Assembly (NCBI GenBank): GCA_039028615.1
Contig: JBCCHT010000001.1
Span: 32,001 to 96,000 of the forward strand
Direction of reading: 5' to 3'
Length of the DNA stretch: 64,000 nt
Source of the DNA: Myxococcota bacterium
GTDB lineage: Bacteria > Myxococcota_A > Polyangia > Nannocystales > Nannocystaceae
Shown piece after piece: positions 22,124 to 33,065 of the stretch; position 1 is the stretch's first letter; each line of letters begins with the position of its first letter. Below the pieces are notes generated by a model. That model did not search any database. It was not told the DNA's origin and was given only the letters and a program-made list of their open reading frames with translations. Both the position numbers and the translations under genes were made by a program.

Positions 22124-22468
22124 GCCACGAACGTCCGCTGCGGAAACGGTACCCCGGTCCGGCCGAGGTCGCGACAACGTTCACAGGTACGGCTGTCGGC
22201 GCGTCGATCATGGGCGCTGCGCTCGCCGAGGCGATCGACGACGGCGGTGGATTCCCAGCGCCACGCTCGCCGCCGCGCCACGCTCCTCACCAAGCTGACG
22301 GGAACCGAGCCGAACTGCACCGACCGTTAGTTTCGTTGCTTGTCACCTCGTGAGCTACCTCCCATGGCAACGTAGATGGAATGAAAACCAGTCCAACATT
22401 AACCGATTGAGAATTGCGACTCTTGCCTGGCTACCGTTCCCCACGCACCTCTCGCTCCTTCTGAGGAA

Positions 22469-24445
22469 ATGCCCGTGTTCCGTTCGTGTCCCACTCGCCT
22501 CATCCCCCCCGCACTCTGCGTGCCACTTTTCATGCTCGCGCTCGGCAGCGCGCCCGCTCAAGCGTCCGACGACGGCACTCCGCAAAGCGGACTGTTCCTC
22601 GAGGCCGGTTATGTGCAGGGCGAGTACGAGATGCGCATCGCATCGATGCTCGACGGCACCAGCCGCATCAGCCACCACGTTAAGACCGGCGATGAAGTGT
22701 ACGAGATCGTACTCGACGAGGGGGTCGAGTCACCCGAGTACAACAGCTTCGTGAGGGTCCCCGGCGAGATGGCCGTCGACGGTCGGTGGGACGCCGACGA
22801 GCTCGTCGTGCTCTCGCCTCCGCCCGAGCCGCTCATCGACGCGGAGCCCCGAGCTGCGCGTCGCGTCGGCACGGTGCTGGTGTTTTGGGAGGGGGGCGGC
22901 CTGCCGAATGCGCAGGCGAACAACAGCATGTTCACGGCGGACGACTCGACGAACGTCTACTACGGGGAGAACTCGTACGGCATCGAGACGATGGCGGGCA
23001 AAGTCTTCGGCCCCTACCAGATCGACAACCCCGGGGGCTGCAACACCAACCAGATCGTCAACCTGGCCGACCAGGCGATGATCGAGCGCGGTCACGACCC
23101 CAGCGACTACCGCCAGATGATGTACCACTTCCCCGGTGGTCTCGGCTGCGGCTTCGCCGGCCTGGCCTCGGTAGGCTCGCCGGAGAACCCGGCCCGCAAC
23201 AGCTGGTACAGCGGCTCCTTCGGCTGCGTCGTCCGCAACCAGGAGCTCGGCCACAACTACGGCATGGGCCACTCGCACGCATACTCGTGCCCGCCCGTGC
23301 CCGACGGCATGGACCACAACATCTACTCGGATTGCAGCCACATCGAGTACGGCCACCCCTACGATCCGATGGGCGGCGGCTGTGGCCACATGAACGTGGT
23401 CCAAAAGACGTTCATGGGCTGGCTCGACGAGTGCAACGTCGTGACCACGACCAGCAGCGGCATCTTCAACCTGCTGCCCACCGAGTGGCCCTGCAACGGC
23501 ACCCAGGCGCTGGTCTTCCCCGCGTCGGACGGCCGCTACTACCACCTCGAGTACCGCAACGGTGACGGCGAGTTTTCCATCGGCGGGGGCGTGCTCGTCA
23601 ACATCGCCCCCGAGGTGCAGGGCTTCGGTCCCACCGGCTACGTCCTCGACGAGCTGGGCGAGAACAGCAACGGCTACCTGCACGCAGGCGATAGCTTCAC
23701 CGATCCCGGCACGGCCGAGATCCCCGGCGCGGAGGGGCGGCCCCCCATCCCCGCGCAGCCGAGCTCGGGTAGCTTCACCATCCTCGAGGAGTACGACACG
23801 CACGTCGTGATCCAGGTCGACCTGGCCGACAGCGATGGTGCGCAGCCGACCTGCCGCGGCGGTGGCAACCCCATCGACGACGAGGGAGCCATCGGCTCGC
23901 TCGAATGCACGGGGGCTCCCTTCCCCGCCGACGAGACTCCGCCCGAGGTCACGATCACCTTCCCCGAGGACGGACAGGTCTTCGAGCCCGGCTCGGACTT
24001 CGTCATCACCGCGGATGCGACCGACGACCGCCAGGTCATCGAGGTCGAGCTGTACCTCAACGGCGAGCCGTTCAGCGTGCTGACCCAGCCGCCGTGGGAG
24101 TGGCCCGCCACCGGGATCCCCGAGGGCGACTACGAGTTCGGCGTGGTGGCTCGCGACGCCCGGTCGTGGACCCCGTCCAACGCGGTGGCGATCTCCGTCT
24201 CCGGCGACGAACAGCCCAGCGACGAGACGGGAGCCGACGGCACCGCAGGTGAGGACGACAGCCTCCCCGGCGAGAGCAGCAGCGCGACCGACGGTGACGA
24301 CGGCGAAGGCACCACCACTGGTGGCGACACGGCCGGCCAGACCGAGCCTGGCGGCTGCGCTTGCAACCAGCCCGGCAACGCAGGCGGCTACGGCTTCGGC
24401 CTGATGGTCCTGGCCATGGCCTGGATGCGCCGTCGCAACGACTGA
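22469..24445 (+). CDS. Secreted M11 (gametolysin)-like metallopeptidase with Ig-like domain and MYXO-CTERM sorting signal
   Basis: Signal peptide; QELGHNYGMGH zinc motif; EYG...DPMG Met-turn; bacterial Ig domain (PPEVTITFP...VELYLNG); acidic linker; GGCAC...hydrophobic...RRR tail. Confidence 0.8.
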   Translation: MPVFRSCPTRLIPPALCVPLFMLALGSAPAQASDDGTPQSGLFLEAGYVQGEYEMRIASMLDGTSRISHHVKTGDEVYEIVLDEGVESPEYNSFVRVPGEMAVDGRWDADELVVLSPPPEPLIDAEPRAARRVGTVLVFWEGGGLPNAQANNSMFTADDSTNVYYGENSYGIETMAGKVFGPYQIDNPGGCNTNQIVNLADQAMIERGHDPSDYRQMMYHFPGGLGCGFAGLASVGSPENPARNSWYSGSFGCVVRNQELGHNYGMGHSHAYSCPPVPDGMDHNIYSDCSHIEYGHPYDPMGGGCGHMNVVQKTFMGWLDECNVVTTTSSGIFNLLPTEWPCNGTQALVFPASDGRYYHLEYRNGDGEFSIGGGVLVNIAPEVQGFGPTGYVLDELGENSNGYLHAGDSFTDPGTAEIPGAEGRPPIPAQPSSGSFTILEEYDTHVVIQVDLADSDGAQPTCRGGGNPIDDEGAIGSLECTGAPFPADETPPEVTITFPEDGQVFEPGSDFVITADATDDRQVIEVELYLNGEPFSVLTQPPWEWPATGIPEGDYEFGVVARDARSWTPSNAVAISVSGDEQPSDETGADGTAGEDDSLPGESSSATDGDDGEGTTTGGDTAGQTEPGGCACNQPGNAGGYGFGLMVLAMAWMRRRND

Positions 24446-24509
24446 GCTCGCATCGCGAACGACAACGGACGCCCGTCACCGACGCGGCGTCCGTTTTTGT
24501 TTTCGAAGG

Positions 24510-25073
24510 TCAGTTCGGCTCGTCCATCGGCCGCGGGATCACCAGCTGCACGTCGTCGAGTCGATGCCCGAAGTCTCCGCCCACGTCGATGGTTCGCTCG
24601 GCCCGCGGCCGCGGCCCGTCGCCGGGCACGACCAACACGTACTGACCTTCGCGGATCGTCGCCCCGACCGAGAACGTGCCCTGCGGATCGGTCGTTCCAT
24701 GAGCGACCTTGCGCCCCAGCGGCCCGCCGATGGCGGTGGGAGCCTCGAACACTTCGACCTCGACGCGCCCCGGAGAGGCTCCGGTCGATCCCGGTCCGCC
24801 TTCGATCGACACCCGCCCGCGAATCTGGGTGATCGCGCCGCCCGTCGTGTCGCCGTAGGAGCAGCGGAAATCCATCGGTCCGGGTGTGCCATCTCCCATC
24901 GGGTCGACGGCGTCGTCCGGGCACACGGCCGGTGTCCCGTAGGCCACCCGTCCTGCATGGCGCATGCGCGGTCCATCCTTCTTTGGTTTGCTGCACCCGG
25001 TCGCCCCCATCGAGGCGCCCATGAGCGCCGCCAGCGCCAAACGGAAACAGCGTGTGCGAACCGGCCCGACCAT
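24510..25073 (-). CDS. Lipoprotein with carboxypeptidase-regulatory-like beta domain
   Basis: Lipobox ATGC after a hydrophobic segment; IRGRV...TTDPQGTFSV...GQYVLVV pattern. Confidence 0.6.
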   Translation of the reverse strand: MVGPVRTRCFRLALAALMGASMGATGCSKPKKDGPRMRHAGRVAYGTPAVCPDDAVDPMGDGTPGPMDFRCSYGDTTGGAITQIRGRVSIEGGPGSTGASPGRVEVEVFEAPTAIGGPLGRKVAHGTTDPQGTFSVGATIREGQYVLVVPGDGPRPRAERTIDVGGDFGHRLDDVQLVIPRPMDEPN

Positions 25074-25178
25074 GGTCGCGGCATCGTGCCACTGCGGCTG
25101 CGGCTTGCCTACGCGCGCCCCCGAAAGGCCCATTGTGACGCGGTTGACCCCCTAGTCGGAGGTGGTAAGACTGTTCGC

Positions 25179-25913
25179 ATGCAGCAGGGCTACCAGCAGC
25201 AGCCTCACTACCAGCCAGGCGCCCAGATGGGCCAGGGCCCGCAGCTTCACGATGGCGTCGTTCAGTTCATGAACGGGGTGTACGCGTGGATGGCTGCCGG
25301 CGTCGCCGTCACGGCCGCCGTCGCCTACGGCATCTCGCAGTCGCCCCAAGCTCTGCTGACCTTCTTCAGCCCCTACGGAGGCATGACCATCCTGGGCTGG
25401 GTCGCAATGTTCGCCCCCTTGGGCATCTTGCTGATCTTCGGCGGTCGCCTCATGAGCATGAGCCGCGGTGCTGCCACCGCCATCTTCATGCTGCTGGCCG
25501 TCTGCTACGGCGTCACCTTCTCGCTCGTTCCCCTGCTGTTCAGCGTCGGGGCCATCTTCAAGGCCTTCCTCGCCACCATGGGCATGTTCGGGGCCATGGC
25601 CGCCTTCGGGTACTTCACCAAGAAGGACCTCAGCGGCATCGGCCAGTTCCTGCTGATGGCGCTGTTCGGCATCATCATCGCCAGCCTGGTCAACGTGTTC
25701 TTCGTCAAGAGCGTGGGCATGCACATGGCCATCGACGTGCTCGTCGTCCTGGTCTTTGCCGGCCTCACCGCCTACGACACCCAGAAGCTCAAGCAGATCT
25801 ACCTGGTGCACGGAGCCGTCGGGAACATCGCCATCGTCGGTGCGCTCAACCTGTACATCGACTTCATCGCCATGTTCCGCGCCCTCCTCCACCTGATGAG
25901 CAGCGGCGAATAA
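25179..25913 (+). CDS. Bax inhibitor-1/YccA family membrane protein
   Basis: FMNGVYAWM, TKKDLSGIG, LTAYDTQKLK and GALNLYIDF; about 7 TM helices; ATG at 25179. Confidence 0.92.
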   Translation: MQQGYQQQPHYQPGAQMGQGPQLHDGVVQFMNGVYAWMAAGVAVTAAVAYGISQSPQALLTFFSPYGGMTILGWVAMFAPLGILLIFGGRLMSMSRGAATAIFMLLAVCYGVTFSLVPLLFSVGAIFKAFLATMGMFGAMAAFGYFTKKDLSGIGQFLLMALFGIIIASLVNVFFVKSVGMHMAIDVLVVLVFAGLTAYDTQKLKQIYLVHGAVGNIAIVGALNLYIDFIAMFRALLHLMSSGE

Positions 25914-25935
25914 CCCCGCCGCTTCTCCGCCCGAC

Positions 25936-25968
25936 AAAGGCCCGCGCCCACCAGGGAGCGGGCCTTTT
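25936..25968. terminator. Intrinsic, probably bidirectional terminator between convergent genes
   Basis: AAAGGCCCGC-GCCCACCAGGGA-GCGGGCCTTTT. Confidence 0.75.
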
Positions 25969-25981
25969 CGATTTCGAACGC

Positions 25982-26917
25982 TCAGCTCTTGCGGCGGCTC
26001 CGGCCCGACAACACCCGAAACCGCCTCCGCGCCCGCTCGACCAGCTCGCCCACGACCTCTCCGCCCGACACGCCGCGGCGCCGAAACACCCCCGCCATCA
26101 GCGGTGCGGGGCCGTCCCTCAGGTCTCGCACCTGCACGTTCTGTGGCAGGAACGACAACCGAAAGCGGCTCACCACCGCGGGCCCGAACCCCCGCGCCAC
26201 CATCTCCACCACGCGCGGAGTCGAAGCGACCTCGAACGCCGGGTTCAACACCAGGGGCCCCGTCCGATACTGCGCGAACTCCCGCTCCAGTCGCTCGCGC
26301 GCCGGGCCCACCCGCGGCACCACCAGCGGCACTCCATCCAAGTCGGACAGTCGCACGCGAGCGGGCAGCTCTCCGGCGAAGTCCCGCGGCACGATCACCG
26401 CCCACGGCAGCGGGCCCAACGACTCGAACGACAGCCGCGGCGGCACGCCCTGCGGATCCAAGGTGCCGAACCCCAGGTCCACGTGCCCCGCATCCACGGC
26501 GTCGAGCAACCGATCGTCCGGGTACTCCACCACCTGCACCGACAAGTCCGACGACGCCTCGCGCAGCTCCACCAAGATGTCGGCCAGCAGGTCGAAGGAC
26601 CCCGCCAAGGTCCCCAGCCGCAACGACCTCCGCGTCTGCTGCAGTGCGTCCCGCGTGTTCACGTTCCATTGCTCCCACGCCCGCAGCTGCACCCGAGCCC
26701 GGCGCGCCAGCTCCTGCCCCGCGGGCGTGAGGACCCCCTGCCGTTGTCCTGGTGCGCGCTGCAACAATTCCGGCGCGTCGAAAGCCTGCTCGAGCTTCGC
26801 CAACACCCGCATGTAGGTCGCCCGCGAGCGCCCCGTAGCCCGCGCTGCCGCCTGGATCGAGCGTCGTTTCGCCACCTCGAGGAACGCCTCGAGATCGGCG
26901 AGACTCGGGGTTTCCAT
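25982..26917 (-). CDS. LysR-family transcriptional regulator
   Basis: N-terminal HTH (LEAFLEVAKRRSIQAAA...LTPAG) and substrate-binding domain; divergent from the aconitase-family gene. Start 26917 or 26929. Confidence 0.9.
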   Translation of the reverse strand: METPSLADLEAFLEVAKRRSIQAAARATGRSRATYMRVLAKLEQAFDAPELLQRAPGQRQGVLTPAGQELARRARVQLRAWEQWNVNTRDALQQTRRSLRLGTLAGSFDLLADILVELREASSDLSVQVVEYPDDRLLDAVDAGHVDLGFGTLDPQGVPPRLSFESLGPLPWAVIVPRDFAGELPARVRLSDLDGVPLVVPRVGPARERLEREFAQYRTGPLVLNPAFEVASTPRVVEMVARGFGPAVVSRFRLSFLPQNVQVRDLRDGPAPLMAGVFRRRGVSGGEVVGELVERARRRFRVLSGRSRRKS

Positions 26918-26931
26918 ATGCTCATTCACGA

Positions 26932-26946
26932 GTACATTTTATGCAC
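26932..26946. promoter_or_regulatory. Candidate LysR recognition site (T-N11-A)
   Basis: GTACATTTTATGCAC, an imperfect dyad in the AT-rich divergent intergenic region. Confidence 0.5.
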
Positions 26947-26995
26947 ATAAACGTTCCATCTTGTAGACATTTCCAGTGGCGCTATCCTAGCCTCG

Positions 26996-28930
26996 ATGAA
27001 GCTCACGGGTCGTGTTTTGTGGCTGACAGAGGACTCTTCGCTCGTCGCGCGCCAACTGGGCGGCGAGGACCTCGACGTAAAGCCCGAAGACACGCCCGCG
27101 ATGCACTACGGGGTCAATACCGACGCGATGATCAACGGGGCGGCCTGCACCCTGGGCTACACCGGCGAGATCCTCGGCCCCTACTTCCTGCAAAACTTCC
27201 AGGAGAAGGTCTCCAAGGACGACGTCAAGGACGGCGGCTTCCAGGTCGTAGTGGGCGGTGACGCGTACGGCTCGGGCAGCAGCCGCGAGGTCGCCGTGGT
27301 GGCGCACCAAGGCGCGGGCATCCAGCTCGTCGTGGCCAAGAGCCTGCAGCGCATCTTCCAAGAGAACACGGTCTACTGCGGCCTGCCCTTCACCACCGAC
27401 TTCGGCGTGCTGCATCGCCTCATCGACGGCGAGGACATCGACCTGGGCACGCTCGCCCACGCCCTGCCCCCCTTCTTCCGCGCCGTGGCCGAGCGCGGCG
27501 GTCTGATGCGCTACGGCACCGCGCTGCTGGCCGGCGAGGTCGAGCCCACCTACGAGACCGACGTCGCCGCACGCCCGATGACCTGCATCGAGAAGATCTG
27601 CGCCAACAAGGTGTGGACCGGGCACGACAAGCCGCAAGGCATGGCCGCGGTGGCTCCCGGCGACCAGGTGCTGTGCGAGGCCGGCTTCCGCGGCATGCAC
27701 GAGTACACGGGCGCGATGGTGATGTCGCTGTACGCCGACGAGTGGGGCAAGGCACCCGTGCACCAGCCCGAGCTCGTCGCCGCCTTCGAAGACCACTTCG
27801 TGCTCATCAACGAGGACACGGTCCCCGAGCGCGTCAAGCTTCAGCGCCTCGACCCCGCCCGCCGTCTCCGCGACGAGATGGTCGAGGCCTGCGAGCGCAA
27901 CGGCATCCGCCTGCACGGCCCCGATCGCCCGCTGCCCGCCGGCGTCTGCCACCGCCTGGTGGTCGAAGACTACGCGCGGCCCGGCGACGTCATCGTGCTC
28001 ACCGACAGCCACACCCCGACCGCGGGCGTGCTCAATGCCTTCGCCTTCGGCGTCGGCAGCCGAGCGATGGCCTTCGCCCTGCGCACCGGCCTCATCCCGG
28101 TCACCGTCCCCAAGACGGTGCGGGTCATCGTCGAGGGCGACGCCAAGGGCGTGCTCACGCCCAAGGACCTCATCCTCCACCTCATCGGCGACCCGTACTT
28201 CCGCGACGAGCAGTGGCGCGAGTCTCCCACCGACACCTGCGCGATCCAGCTGGGCGGCCCCGGCCTCGACCAGTGGAACGTCGACGAGCTCAGCGTGCTG
28301 ACCAACATGACGGTCGAGGGCGGCTTGATGACGGGCATCGTCGAGCCCTGCGAGCCGGTACGACGCTTCGTGGCCGAGCGTCCCGGGGCCGAGGCCGACG
28401 ACCTGCTGTCGCGCTTCGTCAGCCCCGACCCCGATGCGGTCTACGCCCGCACCATCACCATCAACCTCGACGACGTGCCGCTCACCGTCGCGACCCCGGG
28501 CGACTCGCGGAACCGCCAGCCGCTCACCGAGGTCTCCGGGGAGGCCATTCACAACGTGGTGATCGCCTCGTGCACGGGCGGCTCGCTCTCCGACCTGCGC
28601 GCGGCCGACCACGTGCTGCGGGGGCACGCGCTGCACGACAAAGTGCGCCTGACGGTGACGCCCTCGAGCGCGGCCGTGTCTCGCGAAGCGGAGTCCGAAG
28701 GCATCCTCGAGCGGTTCCGAGCCCTCGGCGCCGTGGTGACCTCGCCCGGCTGTGGCTCGTGCATCGGCAATGGTCCCGGCATCCCGCTCGAGGGCGAGAC
28801 CACCGCGAGCACGACCAACCGCAACTTCGATCGACGCATGGGCGGGCCCGGGCCCGTCTACCTCGTGTCCCCCGCAGTTGCGGCCGCGTCGGCGATCACG
28901 GGTTCGCTCACGGACCCGCGCGCGCTGTAG
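26996..28930 (+). CDS. Aconitase-superfamily hydro-lyase: LeuD-like swivel domain fused N-terminally to a LeuC-like [4Fe-4S] domain
   Basis: NTDAMI, YGSGSSRE and RIFQEN (small subunit), then PMTCIEKI, DH, TDSHT, IASCTGG, PGCGSCIG and STTNRNF (large subunit; three Cys ligands present). Confidence 0.88.
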   Translation: MKLTGRVLWLTEDSSLVARQLGGEDLDVKPEDTPAMHYGVNTDAMINGAACTLGYTGEILGPYFLQNFQEKVSKDDVKDGGFQVVVGGDAYGSGSSREVAVVAHQGAGIQLVVAKSLQRIFQENTVYCGLPFTTDFGVLHRLIDGEDIDLGTLAHALPPFFRAVAERGGLMRYGTALLAGEVEPTYETDVAARPMTCIEKICANKVWTGHDKPQGMAAVAPGDQVLCEAGFRGMHEYTGAMVMSLYADEWGKAPVHQPELVAAFEDHFVLINEDTVPERVKLQRLDPARRLRDEMVEACERNGIRLHGPDRPLPAGVCHRLVVEDYARPGDVIVLTDSHTPTAGVLNAFAFGVGSRAMAFALRTGLIPVTVPKTVRVIVEGDAKGVLTPKDLILHLIGDPYFRDEQWRESPTDTCAIQLGGPGLDQWNVDELSVLTNMTVEGGLMTGIVEPCEPVRRFVAERPGAEADDLLSRFVSPDPDAVYARTITINLDDVPLTVATPGDSRNRQPLTEVSGEAIHNVVIASCTGGSLSDLRAADHVLRGHALHDKVRLTVTPSSAAVSREAESEGILERFRALGAVVTSPGCGSCIGNGPGIPLEGETTASTTNRNFDRRMGGPGPVYLVSPAVAAASAITGSLTDPRAL

Positions 28931-29001
28931 CGCAGCCTTCGGCCCCCCAAACGACATTCTTTGCCCATACCGGGGCCCTTTGCGCATGCTACCGTGATGG
29001 G

Positions 29002-29784
29002 GTGTCCTGGCTGGCCGCCGCTGCGCTCGCCGGGCTCGCTGCTGCCGAGCCCGCGCCTACCGAGCCTCCCTCGATGACGGCGCCTGCGGTCGAGCCGGCT
29101 GCACCCACGCCGCCGCCGCTGCCCGCCGATCCGGCCGAAACGGCAGAGACCACCGCGACCCCGCCGAACCCCGAGACGGCGCCCGGTCCCACGCCCGCCC
29201 CGATACCCGTGCAGCGGGTCAACCCGCAGCCCGATGGCGCCGGTCTCTTCGACCCGTGGGCACCGCCGCTGCAGACGGTCGTGCCGCGCAACCCGGTGGC
29301 GCCGCGTGCCGTTTCGTTGAGCCCCCGCCGCTCGATGGCGCCGACCGCCGTGATGGCCGGGCTCGATGTGCCGCTGCTCGACCCGTGGAGCCACCCGCGA
29401 CGGCAGGCCCCGGCTCCCGTCGTCGAGGCGGACCTGCGCCATCCCTTCACCGCGACCATGGGCACCGGAGTCTCGCGCCTCGCCCGCGCCGACTTGCGGG
29501 AGCCCTTCGGCCGAGAGGGGCGTGCCCAGGCTCAGGCCGCGGCGACGCCCACCTCCGCACCGAGCCCCACCGAGCGCGACGAGCTGCGCGACCCCTTTGG
29601 CCGTGCCCCCGTCGCGCCCGCGTCATCGACTTGCAACCCGGGCACGAGCCCGAACGCAGACGATGCCGCCAGTCCCCGACCGCCGTGCCTGCCCGCGACG
29701 CCGTCCTCGGTCGTGGCGCCTCCGAGTGAGCCGCCCCCCGCCGCACCGACGGTCGAGTCCCCGCGTGCGGACCCTTCGGCGTGA
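29002..29784 (+). CDS. Pro-rich exported hypothetical protein
   Basis: GTG at 29002: (M)SWLAAAALAGLAAAEPAP...; low-complexity sequence with recurring DPW/xPF motifs. Confidence 0.55.
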   Translation: MSWLAAAALAGLAAAEPAPTEPPSMTAPAVEPAAPTPPPLPADPAETAETTATPPNPETAPGPTPAPIPVQRVNPQPDGAGLFDPWAPPLQTVVPRNPVAPRAVSLSPRRSMAPTAVMAGLDVPLLDPWSHPRRQAPAPVVEADLRHPFTATMGTGVSRLARADLREPFGREGRAQAQAAATPTSAPSPTERDELRDPFGRAPVAPASSTCNPGTSPNADDAASPRPPCLPATPSSVVAPPSEPPPAAPTVESPRADPSA

Positions 29785-29855
29785 GTCCTCCACCACCCGG
29801 CAGCGGGTGTGATCCGTGGAAGACCCGGGGCGTGGCCTGCTAGCGTGGCCGCGCA

Positions 29856-31430
<1,575 letters not shown>

Positions 31431-31624
31431 TCCGATCCTGCCTCCGGGCGGGTCCGACACGCAAACGAGCAGGGTCGTCCGAGGGGGCACCCCGCTCGAG
31501 TTCGTCGGGCGTCGCTCGAATTTCGGCCCCGCGACGGGGGCAGGTGGGAGCATCCCCGACCGCGTGTCGATCCTCGCCTCCACCCTCGTGCGGATGAGCG
31601 TTTCGGGCTAGATTTGCCGCGCTC

Positions 31625-32878
31625 GTGGGCAAGAAGAAGCGAAGGAGAAACGCCGCCGCGCGGCGAAAGCACAAGCGCCCCGCCGCGTCGTCGGCCCCCG
31701 CCGAGTTCGAGGCGGACCCGCTCGCGAGCGAGGACGAGCCCGAGGCGATCGAGGCCGCCGCGGACGAAGCCGAGACCGACGTCGACGACGACGCCAGCCC
31801 CTCGCCAGCCGAAGAGTCGGTCGCGCCCGCCAAGCCCTCCTCGGCCGTGCTGGTGCCGCCCGCGACGGTGCCCATGCCCACCGGGCCCAGCACGCCGACC
31901 GTGCCCCGCTCCATGCGCCTGGCCCTGGGGGCGAGCATCGGTGCGGCCTTGCTGTCGACCAGCGTCGCGCTGTTCGCGGTGCTGCGCGGAGGCCCGACCG
32001 AGCCCGCGGGCACCAGGGATGCCGCGGCCCCAGCTTCGGTCGCCGACGCCGACCCGGCCCCCCCGAGCTCGAAGCCCTCGGCCCCCGAGTCCGACGTGAT
32101 CCCGGCTGCGACCTCGCCCGAGGCGGCCGTCGCCTCCCCGACTGCGCCCGATCCGAGCGAGGGTCCGTGGCCCGACCTGCGGCTCGACGCGCTGCCGGAG
32201 CCTGGGGCCGCCCCCGCCTCGATGGGCCAGAGCATCGGCAGCCCGCGCGATGGCGCCCTGCTCTCCCCCAAGCGTCTGCCCAACGGTCGCGATTACCTGA
32301 TCAAGAACGAGAACACGGCCTGGGCCACGGACAACACCGTGGCCCACCTGACTGCGGCTTTGGCCTCGCTTCGGAAGAAGCACCCCACCATGCCGCGCGT
32401 GGTGATCGGCGACCTCTCCACCCGTCGCGGAGGCCCGCTGTCGGGCCACACCTCGCACCAGAGCGGCCGAGACGTCGACGTGGGCCTCGTGCACCGGGGG
32501 CGAGGCGAGGACATCCCCAACGACTTCATCGAGGGCACCCGCGAGAGTCTGGACCGGCGGGTCACCTTCGACCTCATCGCCGCGCTGGCAGCCACACGCG
32601 ACGAGCCCACGGGGGTCGAGCTCATCGTGCTGGACTACGGGCTCCAGCGACAGCTACGGCGCGCGGCCGCGGCCCGGGGCATTCCCGAGGCCGAGCTCGA
32701 GGCGCTGTTCCAGTACCCGCACGGGCCCGACTCCCGGCATGGCCTCATCCGCCACAAACCGGCGCACCGAGACCACCTGCACGTTCGCTTTCGCTGTCCC
32801 GAAGACGATGCCTTCTGCCGCAGCCCGCTCATCGGGTTCGCGGGCATGGAAGCCGCCGACCCCGCCGCGGGGCTGTAG
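31625..32878 (+). CDS. Penicillin-insensitive murein endopeptidase (MepA-family) with N-terminal TM anchor
   Basis: SIGSPRDGAL, IGDLSTRRGG, HTSHQSGRDVD and HRDHLHVR (LAS zinc ligands). Confidence 0.85.
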   Translation: MGKKKRRRNAAARRKHKRPAASSAPAEFEADPLASEDEPEAIEAAADEAETDVDDDASPSPAEESVAPAKPSSAVLVPPATVPMPTGPSTPTVPRSMRLALGASIGAALLSTSVALFAVLRGGPTEPAGTRDAAAPASVADADPAPPSSKPSAPESDVIPAATSPEAAVASPTAPDPSEGPWPDLRLDALPEPGAAPASMGQSIGSPRDGALLSPKRLPNGRDYLIKNENTAWATDNTVAHLTAALASLRKKHPTMPRVVIGDLSTRRGGPLSGHTSHQSGRDVDVGLVHRGRGEDIPNDFIEGTRESLDRRVTFDLIAALAATRDEPTGVELIVLDYGLQRQLRRAAAARGIPEAELEALFQYPHGPDSRHGLIRHKPAHRDHLHVRFRCPEDDAFCRSPLIGFAGMEAADPAAGL

Positions 32879-33014
32879 CCGGCCGTCATCGCAGCGCTCC
32901 GGGCCCGGGCGGCGGTGATGCAGCGGGCTCGACTGCGAGCGGGTCCAACCGACGTGCGTCCGAGCCCCCATTCGTGCAGCGCCCCTCGGTAGAGCGCACT
33001 GCATTTCACCCAAC

Positions 33015-33041
33015 AAAAAGAGCCCCGCGCAGGCGGGGCTC
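33015..33041 (-). terminator. Intrinsic terminator of the nuo operon
   Basis: Minus strand reads GAGCCCCGC-CTGC-GCGGGGCTC-TTTTT, about 25 nt after the nuoN stop. Confidence 0.85.
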
Positions 33042-33065
33042 GATTCGGAGACGGGCACGAACCGT

